In this document: positions 54,418-64,000 of the stretch, in pieces
Layout of the letters: the number at the start of each line of letters is the position of its first letter
How positions within the stretch are numbered: the stretch's first letter is position 1
Origin: Callorhinchus milii
Taxonomy: Eukaryota
NCBI RefSeq assembly: GCF_018977255.1
Contig: NW_024704742.1
Location: 12,712,001 to 12,776,000, forward strand
Direction of reading: 5' to 3'
Length of the DNA: 64,000 nucleotides
Position numbers and translations under genes: made by a program
The notes under the pieces: model-generated
Database searches by the model: none
What the model saw: only the letters and a program-made list of their open reading frames with translations
What the model was told of the DNA's origin: nothing

Positions 54418-54960
54418 TAAGAACATAAGAAATAGGAGCAGGAGTAAGCCATTCGGCCCCTTGAGCCTGCCCCGCCATTAAATAAGATCATGTATGATCT
54501 TCTAACCTAATTCAATTTACCCGCCCTTTCCCCATATCCCTTAATCCCTTTAGTTTTTAAAAATCTATCGATCTCAGTCTTGAATATGTTCGATGACTGA
54601 GCATCCACAGCCTTCTGGGGTAGAGAATTCCATAAATTCACTCATTTAAATGTTTCCTCAACTCAGTTCTAAAAGGCTGACCATTAATCCTGAGACTATG
54701 ACCCCTAGTTTTAGATTCTCCAACCAGGGGAAACCAATATCTACCCTGTCAAGACCCTTAAGAATCTTATAGGTTTCTATAAGATCACCTCTAATTCTTC
54801 TATATTCTAGAGAATATAGGCCTAGTCTGCTCAACCTCTCCCTGTATGTCAACTCCCTCATCCCAGGAACCAACCTAGTCAACCTACATTACATCCCCTC
54901 TAAGGCAAGCATATCCTTTCTTAGATAAGGAGACCAAAACTGCACACAATATTCTAAGTG
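54418..54960 (-). mobile_element. CR1 3' fragment
   Basis: RLVPGMRELTYRERLSRLGLYSLEYRRIRGDLIETYKI; tail. Confidence 0.9.
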
Positions 54961-54963
54961 CTT

Positions 54964-55360
54964 GGGGGGGAGAGGAGGGGGGGAGGAGAGAGGGGACGTG
55001 AGGGGGCTATTGAGGGGGGGCAGAGAGAGTGGGGGAGAGAGAGGGGGGGAGGGGGGGGAGAAGAGAGGAGGGGGAGAGAGGGAGGAAGGGGGAAGGGAGG
55101 GAGGGAGGGAGGGGAGGAGAGGAGGAAGATAGAGGGGGACAGGGAGGGGGAAGACACTCTCTTCCCCCCTCTCTCATAGGCAATCTCTCCTCTCACCCAC
55201 ACTCTCTCTCTCTCAATAACTCTCACTCACTCACTCCCCTTCTCACACCCTCTCAAACTCTCTTCTCTCTCACATTCCACCTCCCCACCCCCCTCTTTCT
55301 CTCTCCCCCTCCCCCCCCCCCCCCCCCACCCCCACTCCCCCTCTCTCTCCCCTTCCCACT
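54964..55360. repeat. polypurine tract followed by polypyrimidine tract
   Basis: G/A-rich 54964-55152, C/T-rich 55156-55360. Confidence 0.85.
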
Positions 55361-55899
55361 AATGGAAACAGGCTATGTGGTCCAACTTGTCAATGTTTAT
55401 ACTTCTTACAAGCAAGCATCCCTCCTAATAGCTTCTACTATACCCCTCTATTCCCTTCTTCCTCATTTAAGCCTTACATTTCCTCTTAAATATGTTAATT
55501 TTCTTTGGTTCAACCACAGTGTAATTTGCTTTGCTTCAACCACAGAGTAATGAGTTACACATTCTCACCCCCTCTGCAAAATGAAGTTTCTCCTAAACTC
55601 TCTGTTTGTGGCTATCTGATATTGATGCCTCCTTGAATTTGACTCACCAGCAAATGGACACTTTACCATATCATAAATCATAATCTTAAACACCTCTATC
55701 AGGTCCCCTCTCAATTATTTGATCTCCAACAATAGCAAATTACAATTTGCATAGTTCCTTTCACGTCAGGAGGACGTCCCAAAGTGTCTCCCACCTCCTT
55801 CCTGTCCCAGTACTGGTGCCAGTGTCCCATGAAATGGAACTCCTTCCCACACCACTCTTTCAGCCACACATTCATTTTTCTGATCTGTTTATATTTATG

Positions 55900-56170
55900 T
55901 CAATGTGCTCAAGTAGTAATTCAGAGATTACCATACTCGAGGTCCTGTTTTTTAATTTAGTTCCTAGCTCCTGATAATCCCTTAGCAGGACCCCCTTCCT
56001 ATTCTTTCCAATGGCGTTGATTCGGACATGGATCATGACAACTGTTCCTTTCCCCTCCTTTTCCACATTCCTTTCCAACCGCTTGGAAATATCCCTTACC
56101 CTGGCACCGGGTAGGCAACATACCCTTCTGGACTTCGATCACGACTGCAGAGGATACCCTCTATCTCTTT
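55900..56170 (-). mobile_element. CR1 ORF1 fragment (SGNH esterase-like)
   Basis: PGARVRDIS..VVMIHVRINAIG..YQELGTKLK..VISELL. Confidence 0.75.
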
Positions 56171-56869
56171 GATTATGAGTCAGGCATTTTCTAAAAACCA
56201 CCAGAATACAGGACAATTTTCATGTTGTGTTGCTTCTTCTGCTGCCTACTTCGATAGATTATGCAATATAACGCATTGACATTAACTTTAGCAGATCATA
56301 CATTACATGCATTGCTTTCAAACTCTAATATCCTTAGAGCACATCAATAGCAGTTTGTTGTAATGAATTTTTTTCCTAAATCACATCAAATTCATACTCT
56401 GCAGGGAAGTATATGGTTAAATGTTTATGAAAGCCCTATACAAATGTAATTATTATTATTGCAGCAAATGCAGCAGCCATTTTGCAATACTTCACAAGCA
56501 GCCATGAAGTGAATGACTAACTTATCTGGAGGATTTGGCCAAGAGATCAGGAGAAATTCCCTTCAGTTTTTGAATAGTTTCATAGAAACTTTAACAACCA
56601 CCTCAACCAACATTGTTTCAACAAGTTATCAGAACCAGGATATTGCAGGGATAGTGATTCAGTTATCACAGAATATGCATTTGATTTCATCAATGTGGAT
56701 TGATGTTACATTTTTTTTATTACAGTTTAAACAGCCTAACCTAGTCTAATTATAAGTGGGAAATGTACTGTTGTATTGATGCACATTGGTTGATTACAGC
56801 TATTCAGATTTAAAACAGACAAACGTCGGGCAGTTCAAACTAATCATTACCAACTACAGGAAACAATTT

Positions 56870-57350
56870 ACCACAGCATCATTGCCAACTCTCTACTCAC
56901 TGGATTACCCTCTTCTCCCCTTCACAAGCTGAAGACTATCCAGAACTCTGCAGCTCTTGTCCTTTTCCGCACTGAGCTTTCTACTGGCAGGATGTCCCAA
57001 AGAGCCTATCACCCCATCCTTGCCCAACTCCACTGGTGCCCCATCCGGCAGGGGATTGAGTTCAAAGATCCTCGTTCTAATCTTTAAATCCCTCCATGGT
57101 CTTGTCTCACTCTACCTCTGTGATCATTTCAAACCCTACCAACCAGGCTGCTTCCTCCGTTCTGCGGGTACCAGCCTGCTTCACATGCCCTGCCCTACCC
57201 ATCCCACCATTGCTGGACAAGCTTTTAGCATACTTGCCCCATTCTCTGGAATTCCTTCCCTTTAACTCGCCCCTTCCCTCTCCTGCTTCAAGATCCACTT
57301 CAAGATCTTCCTCCTTGACTATTCCTTCAGCCACCTCCCCTCCCACCGCA
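56870..57350 (+). mobile_element. degenerate L2 3' fragment
   Basis: atccagaactctgcagct; KILVLIFKSLHGL. Confidence 0.8.
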
Positions 57351-57696
57351 CTTGTAATACAATAATATTGCACCTTTCACAATGAGAGGACATGCCAAAG
57401 CATTTCACAGGATTTACTGTGAAGTGGAGTGACTGTGTTATACTATAAGAGCATGTGGAAAGGTAATTGAGAGTATCACTCTGATGTGTTTCTGTCATTT
57501 TACAACAGGCCTTCTAAATACAAATTAATTCAACAAAGCTTCCAGGATTATTTTTTAGTGGAAAATGCTCTGATGGTGCATTATGAAAATGTCCACCTAT
57601 TCTTCTGTAAGAAATACTAGGAAGCAAAAAGAAATAAAGCCTGCTAACCCTATAAAAGTGATATGGTGATAGCTAGATGACTTAAACATGTCTTAC

Positions 57697-57746
57697 TGTA
57701 TCATCTGCCCAATGGAATAATGGATACAGTGGACCGCAAAAGTTTC
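57697..57746 (-). pseudogene. WD40 gene exon: ..NFCGPLYPLFHWADDT
   Basis: tgcag| ... |gtaaga; 50 nt, not a multiple of 3 between presumed phase-0 introns. Confidence 0.65.
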
Positions 57747-58015
57747 CTGCAAACAGAGTATCAAATGGGTCAGGAAACATCTAAAACACAAAATTCACGC
57801 ACAAAATACAGTCAATCCACTTTACAGCACTTTGAGATTTCTCAATGAGATGACAAGACGCTATATCAAATGCAAGGATTATTATTATTATTAAACACCT
57901 AAACAGGAAAATGCATCCAGCTGTTTACAATGAGCATCCAATCAGTCAAATACTTGTGTCTAGTTTTGCAGCAAGAACATTCAGACAAACCAATCTTCAT
58001 TTGAAAGATGATGAC

Positions 58016-58064
58016 TGTTGCACATATGTTGATCCTTCTGTCTGAGCCAACTGATATTATAAAC
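58016..58064 (-). pseudogene. WD40 gene exon: FIISVGSDRRINICA; donor uncertain
   Basis: aaag| acceptor; only a weak gtcatc donor nearby. Confidence 0.75.
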
Positions 58065-58197
58065 CTTTGTAAAGTGTGGGGGGGGGAGGTGGGAGGGAGG
58101 GAGAGAAGAGAAAAAGGGACATACTGTTTAGAAACAAAAACATTTACCAACACTGCTTTTCAAACTTTAAAAAGACACAGAAAATAAATCCTGTTTC

Positions 58198-58258
58198 CTG
58201 TTTTTGTATGTTTCAGCATAGATACAGTGATTAACTTCCATTGCATCTTCAGCTGGAA
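58198..58258 (-). pseudogene. WD40 gene exon: PAEDAMEVNHCIYAETYKN(R); donor reads GA
   Basis: tgcag| acceptor; phase fits both neighbours only if the intron starts at gaaaca (58197). Confidence 0.7.
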
Positions 58259-58380
58259 CTGCAAGATCGCTTATTTATTTATTTATTTATTATTTATTGG
58301 TTAACAGATTTCCTTCTGTATTACACACTGTAAACGATTTGTGGACAAATGCAGAAACCAGAATCCGTTCCCTGACTTAC

Positions 58381-58460
58381 CTTGTCTCAGAGTCTTTACA
58401 CAGCAGCCACGTTTATAGTCCCATTTCTTCAGACATTCGTCTCTGCCACCTGTTATGAGC
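58381..58460 (-). pseudogene. WD40 gene exon: LITGGRDECLKKWDYKRGCCVKTLRQ (open)
   Basis: tgcag| ... |gtaagt, 80 nt. Confidence 0.88.
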
Positions 58461-59319
58461 CTGCAAAATATACAGTCACTACACTTTACAATATATTCTG
58501 TGAAGCACTTTGAGACATCCTCCCACCTGGCATAGTACTGTAGTGACTGTACTAGAACCTCAGGCAGAAAGGCTCCAGGGGTGGAGATGCCGATGACCCC
58601 ATCTCTCTCTTGCTGGGGCTGGGCTGAGAAGGGTGGAAACCTTGGGCTGGCCCATGGCCAGGGAGCATGAGATTTAGGGTACATGGCTGGCCCAAGGGTA
58701 ACTAATGGTTGAAGCAAGGAAGATTGTGAGTTCGCGGGTGTGTAAGAGGGACGGTAGGCATCAACCTCAAGCCCAGCTGCTTGCATCCCTCCGCAGTCAT
58801 TGTGTTGCTGTTCTGAGTTTCTCCCCCACCACAGATTAAACCTGGTTTATAGTGAGAGTCTCCATATGTGTCTCAAAGCTGCAGACAGCCTTGTGTGCTC
58901 TCAATATCAGGTTAAGTGGTTGACTTGCCTCAACCTCAGTGAGACATGCATAGGAGTGTCTATAGTACTTAAAGTAAACCTAGTAAATCTTCCTCACAGT
59001 TCCGCACAAGTGAAACTGACAAGTCAGGACATACCTCCTATTTACACATCTGCTTGATATGTCTTATTTTGCCCAGTTAATCTGAGGTGGAAAAATAACT
59101 CACCTCCCTTCCTGATCACTGTAATAATGTGGCTTATATAAAAGCAATAGGATTAATATGTACTCAAATAAAAAGTGGTTATGCATTAAATTGGAATTCC
59201 AGGCCAGATTACTATTGCGTTAGGTATCTGGGTGAGCAATTGAGAAATTGCAGCTATTCTGCCCCTTATTCTTTGCATGTAACTGTTTACTTTTGTCATT
59301 TTTATAACCAAAGAAGGGC

Positions 59320-59702
59320 CTGATTCTCTGGCAAACTCGCGACAATGTCCAGTGCTCACATTAGACTTGAACTCATGTAGTCTAAACTGACACTCTGATG
59401 CACTGCTGGGGGAGCGCTGCATTGTTGGAGGTACTGTCTTTTGGATGAGACTGAAGTCTCGTCTGCCTGTTCAGGTAGATATTAAAGATCTCATGGCACT
59501 ATTCAAAAAGAGAAGGGAGTTGATGTTCTGATCAAAAATCTCCCAAATATAATTGGTCACTCACTTAATGGCTGTTTGTGGGACTTTGCTATGTGCAAAT
59601 TAGCTGCTTTGTTTGCCTACAAAGTACACAGTAAATCTGTGAAGCTCTTTGCAATGTCCTCTCGATGTAAAAGGTGCTATATCAAATACAAAGATTATTA
59701 TA
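59320..59702 (+). mobile_element. older Deu-domain-type SINE
   Basis: gagcgctgcattgttggaggt..caggtagatattaaagatctcatggcactattc; shared tail. Confidence 0.7.
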
Positions 59703-59854
59703 CACATATGAAAATAAAGTAAATTTTCATTTGCACAAGCACTAAATTAAACTACCATGTTTTTAGTGTTCCTTCACTCCCTCCTATTCCTGAACCACTC
59801 CACTTCTGAATGGTCAGGCACAGAGTGCAGCTATGGACAGGAAGTGACAGAACA

Positions 59855-60164
59855 AATAATAATAATAATCCTTGCATTTGATAAAGCGTTTTTCACGTCT
59901 TCTAGATGTCCCAAAGCGCTTCACAGAACTGTAAAGTGAATTGACTGTATATTTGTGGGTGAAACGCGGCAGCCAATTGAGCACAGCAGTGTCCCACAAA
60001 CAGTCATGGATTGAAAATGACCAATTTATTATTGTTTTGTTTTTTTGGAGGGATTATTATTAGGCGTGTGGAGTAAGGAAACTTGCCCAAGGTTTCGCCC
60101 TGCCTGGAATTGAACTCAGGTCTCTCGCTTGCAAAGCGAGTGCTCTAACCACTGACCTACAGGA
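59855..60164 (-). mobile_element. young near-full tRNA(Ala)-SINE
   Basis: closely matches the reverse complement of 42388-42709. Confidence 0.92.
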
Positions 60165-60261
60165 CAAAGCTGGCAGTTGCACACAGATGACCCGTCACCC
60201 GTCTTAAAATAGCAGAGAAAAAACAGAGTGGACAAATTTTACACAGCTATAATAATCCTTG

Positions 60262-60364
60262 CAACAAAAACAGAAGTCGTTGGGAACACTCAGAAAGTCA
60301 GGCAGCATCTATGGAGAAAGGAAAGTGAGTCAACAATTTGGGTCCACAACCCTTTGTCAGAACT
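60262..60364 (-). mobile_element. single Penelope-like terminal repeat arm
   Basis: similar to 29815-29914. Confidence 0.7.
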
Positions 60365-60822
60365 CAAGGCTATCAAATGCAAGGATAATAATATCCGTGC
60401 TCTTGATAGCCTTATTATGTGATTATAGCCTTATTAAATGCTGCGTGCTTTATGATGCTACTCCACTTGAAGGGCAGTATATAAATGCAAGTTGTTGTTG
60501 AAACGTCTCAAAGCAAGCTAGCAACGATAAAAGAAAATCTCTGGTAAGGAGTGACTAAGATCAAAAGAAAATTAATTTATTTATTAATTTAGCAAGAAAT
60601 GAAATCTAAAACTGGGGTTCAAACAAGCACAATTTACAGGTTGAAGGCAATATTTTGTTAAGAGTTAGTAAGCAATTCACAACTATATTATAGAAATGTT
60701 TCAGTTGCAAGGTGAATAAATAGGAACATTGCAATTTTTCAGTGTTAGGTTTGATTTAATTGTAACCAAGTTCATGTTAAACAATTCTAACCAGAAAGTC
60801 AGTTAGGTCTGCGGTACTGTAC

Positions 60823-60857
60823 CTTGTTTCAGTGTTACCAAAGGCCATGCAGGTTAT
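60823..60857 (-). pseudogene. WD40 gene exon remnant (3' part only): ITCMAFGNTET(R)
   Basis: |gtacag donor in phase with next exon (R-LITGG); 5' part and acceptor absent, replaced by minisatellite/L2. Confidence 0.75.
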
Positions 60858-60861
60858 GAAA

Positions 60862-61216
60862 GGGGGGGGAAAGCTGAGGGGGGGGGAAAGCTGAGGGGGG
60901 GAAAGCTGAGGGGGGGAAAGCTGAGGGGGGGGGCGGGGAGCTGAGGGGGGGGGGGCGGGGAGCTGAGTGGGGGGGAAAGCTGAGGGGAGGGGGGGGAAAG
61001 CTGAGGGGAGGGGGGGGAAAGCTGAGGGGAGGGGGGAAAGCTGAGGGGAGGGGGGGAAAGCTGAGGGGAGGGGGGGGAAAGCTGAGGGGAGGTGGGAAAG
61101 CTGAGGGGAGGGGCGGGGAAAGCTGAGGGGAGGGGGGGGAAAGCTGAGGGGAGGGGGGGGAAAGCTGAGGGGAGGGGGGGGGAAGCTGAGGGGAGGGGGG
61201 GGGAAAGCTGAGGGAG
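60862..61216. repeat. G-rich minisatellite, unit about G(6-9)AAAGCTGAGGGGA, about 18 copies
   Basis: about 18 AGCTGA cores separated by G runs. Confidence 0.92.
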
Positions 61217-62290
61217 GGGCGAGAGCCGAGGTGGGTGTAATAAGATGAACAAAAGTACAGCTAAAGAGGTAAGTCTTGAGATGGACCTTGAACGAGTTGA
61301 AGGAGGGAGCGAGTCGGGGAGACTCCAGAATGAAGTTCCAGAGAGTGGGGGCAGAAAGGCTGAAAGTCCATCTGCCGATGGTCGGGCGGGGGATGTGAAG
61401 CAGGCCGATGCTCCATGGGATAGTTAGTAGGAGGCTGCCAAGGTAGGGTGGAGCAAGGCTATGGAGGTATTTAAAAGATAAGAATGAGGATCTTGAACTT
61501 GATTTACTGTGGGATGGGGAGCCAATGGAGCCAAGTGAAGATGGGGGTGATAAGCTCACAGAGGCTAGTGTAGGAAAGATACGAGCTGCAGAGTTCTCAA
61601 TAATCTGCAGCTTGTGTATTCAAGAGGCAGGTAGTCTGAGGGGCAGAGCGATGGCATAGTTAAGCCTGAGATAATAATTGCATGGATGAGAATCTCAACA
61701 GCCTGAGGGGAGAGGATTTGACAATGGTAGACAATGTTTCATAGGTGGGGTAAAATTAAGTGGCTAAGAGCATGGACGTGGAGTTAAAAACACAGTTGGG
61801 AGTTAAACAAGACATCAATATTCTGCACAGGTTCTGTGAGATGGAGTGTGCATCCATGCAAGTTGATGATGTCAGCACCTGAACTGTTAAGGTGCTGAAG
61901 GGAGTCTCTGTATTTTTGGTTTTCAACTGAAGAGAGATTGAGCTGATGGAGGACTGGATATCTGACAGGCAATCAGTCAGGAAAGGTTGGTTAGAGATGG
62001 AAACGTAACTGGAGCAAAAATGGGTCAAGGGAGAGATTTTTTGAGAAGTGGGTGGTGACAACAGTTTTGAGAGAGATGGGAATTGTACCAGTGTACAAGG
62101 AGCAGTTCACAATAACCGTTAAAATGGGCAAAGAGGTGAAGCTGGGAGGTCAGGAGATGAGTAGGGATGCGGTTAAGGCAGCATGTTATGAGTTTCATGA
62201 AGGAGGAAAGGAGGAAAGAAAGAATGAAGAAAAGATTGAAACTATGGAAGGAGGAGTGGATGGAGGCTAGAAGGGAAAGAGGAGGGGGAG
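61217..62290 (-). mobile_element. degenerate L2 LINE lacking its normal 3' tail
   Basis: KYLHSLAPPYL..APTLWN..FKVHLKTYLF; GADIINLHGCTLHL. Confidence 0.85.
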
Positions 62291-62550
62291 GGAGTAAGGG
62301 GTAGCACGACGAATGCTCACGAGTTTGGACCCAGGGAAGTCCATCATCTCCTTGCTTTTGGAGGAGCCAAAACTTATACATAAATAGTGGCCACTTGGGC
62401 AAGTTACCAGAGAGGTTTCTGTGGACTATAGCGAATAGGAAGAAATATAGAAGTTAAACCCACTTCAGAAGAGAGGAGAATAACATAGGTCTGTTACGTT
62501 GCTAAATTCTCAGGGGAGTAAATGAACTGTCTTGAACAGTTTGTACTTAC

Positions 62551-62653
62551 AGATCCTTCAGAACAGCTGATGACTTGTTGGAAAGAATTGCTGTAATCAC
62601 AGCAGAGTACCTCTTCTTTGTGAGACACTGATTTGCTGTCACGCAGCTCCTTT
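62551..62653 (-). pseudogene. WD40 gene exon: KELRDSKSVSHKEEVLCCDYSNSFQQVISCSEGS (open)
   Basis: cag| ... |gtaagt, 103 nt. Confidence 0.88.
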
Positions 62654-62767
62654 CTGCATATAAAAGAAAATATCTAGTAAGCGATGGTGTCATCAGTTAA
62701 CATTACCCACCTCCTGACAAGTGCCACAGCGAGAGAAGAGTCCCACCCGCTGTCCTGGTCTAACTAT

Positions 62768-63065
62768 AATAATCCTTGCATTTGATGTAGCGCTTTTCAC
62801 GTCTTCTAGACGTCCCAAAGCGCTTCACAGAATATACTGTAAAGTGAATTGACTGTATATTTGTGGGCGAACGCGGCAGCCAATTGCGCACAGCAGTATC
62901 CCACAAAGTCGTTGATTGAAAATGACCAATTTATTATTGTTTTTGGTTTTTGAGGGATTATTATTAGGCGTGTGGAGTAAGGAAACTTGCCCAAGGTTTC
63001 GCCCTGCCTGGAATTGAACTCAGGTCTCTCGCTTGCAAGGCGAGTGCTCTAACCACTGAGCTACA
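62768..63065 (-). mobile_element. young near-full tRNA(Ala)-SINE
   Basis: closely matches the reverse complement of 42388-42709. Confidence 0.92.
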
Positions 63066-63362
63066 AATCACTGGCGCAAATCAGTACTTTAAGTAATGAG
63101 CTGTAATAATAATTAGTTGCATTTGATCTCATTTGTAACATCTTAAAATGCTTCACACAATGAGTTACTTTGAATTCAGTGATTCTCGGTGTATGTCTCT
63201 CTCCTTCTCTGCCAATGCCTCTCTTAATAGTTACACATTTGATTATATTTGCTGTGCAATGTATCTCAGTTAAATCTAGTTATGTATTTATGTGTTTGAT
63301 TTTGTGACACTGTGAAAGATGTTGCTATCCGTGCTCTCCATTCGAGATATTTTCTTACTTAC

Positions 63363-63507
63363 CTGTCAGTGAGCTGTAGTAGAACCAGGGAATTTGTTGC
63401 AATGCACTCAGATCTTCAGAATGATAACAGGCAGACAGTTCTCCTCTGAGCTGAATAGTTTTAGGGTTTATGGTAGTGAGACATGTCTGATCTTCAATAT
63501 CCCATAC
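63363..63507 (-). pseudogene. WD40 gene exon: VWDIEDQTCLTTINPK...DLSAL / frameshift / ATNSLVLLQLTD(R)
   Basis: tag| ... |gtaagt; 145 nt gives phase 1 but the next exon needs phase 2; frame switch near 63400. Confidence 0.85.
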
Positions 63508-64000
63508 CTAAAACATATACATTAATGTGAGATAAAGTGAGAACATTGCTGAGAAATGATATCTGTGATGGGATAATGCATAATCATGAGTCAGCATATA
63601 TATATATATATAAAACGTGTGTGGATATACAATGTATGTGTGTATGCATATATGATACAGATATGACCAAATGTGTATCAGGAGAAATTCCAAGAGAAAT
63701 CCAAAACTCTGAATTTGGCTCCAATCTGAGGACAATCAAGGCATCTGAACACATGAATCACACTGTACTCTGCCCTGGATGCAGCTCTCAGCAGACTGAA
63801 CCATCTAGACAAAAATAACTTGTCACTCCAGCAGACGGATCACAATGACTTAATAATTCCGCCTTTAACTGCAAAAAATAATGCAAAAAGATAACACTGA
63901 TTGGGTGTTATAGGATTCATACACTTTGTATAGAAAATAAGCCCGCACCCCCCACCTGTAGTTTATACAGCAGGGAGTTCTCGCAGGGTCCTGGCTAATA

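Larger units (their letters stand above)
36763..63507 (-). pseudogene. WD40-repeat gene of the WDR49/WDR95 type, multi-exon, 5'-partial, apparently disabled (unprocessed pseudogene)
   Basis: Collinear exons encode WD-repeat segments (VWDIEDQTCL; SHKEEVLCC..QVISCSEGS; LITGGRDECLKKWDY; LLASSSYDGEIIVWN; HIHFWN; WRAH; LLTCSSDCTVKLWS). Multiple frameshifts and stops are listed per exon. Family recognised from memory; exact orthologue not established. Confidence 0.85.

Noticed and set aside
59104..59200. Alternative candidate for the missing WD40 exon (..SDQEGR|gtgag)
   Set aside because: Poor similarity and no clear acceptor; the 60823 remnant fits better.
60862..61216. CRISPR-like array
   Set aside because: No unique spacers; eukaryotic minisatellite.
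60777..61559. 260-aa proline-rich ORF
   Set aside because: Chance read-through of L2 remnant, C-rich minisatellite and exon remnant.

Overview
Vertebrate genomic DNA, most likely from a cartilaginous fish (inferred from the CR1/L2/Penelope/tRNA-SINE repeat content). It holds two genes tail-to-tail. (1) Plus strand, 1056-31626: the last 17 coding exons of an intact HSP110-family gene, best read as HSPA4L. All junctions are GT-AG and in phase, and the protein ends in EMEVD; the first exons lie upstream of the window. (2) Minus strand, about 63507 down to 36763: at least 15 recognisable exons of a WD40-repeat gene of the WDR49/WDR95 type. It carries several independent lesions (frameshifted exons, in-frame TGA/TAG, a GA splice donor, a half-missing exon), so it looks like an intron-containing, unprocessed pseudogene. 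The rest is densely nested retroelements: CR1 and L2 LINEs, a young tRNA(Ala)-headed SINE sharing the L2 3' tail, and Penelope-like remnants whose inverted terminal repeats contain hammerhead-ribozyme-like cores. Most ORFs in the supplied track are TE fragments or noise. All family assignments are from recognition of motifs, not from database searches. Repeat boundaries are approximate.
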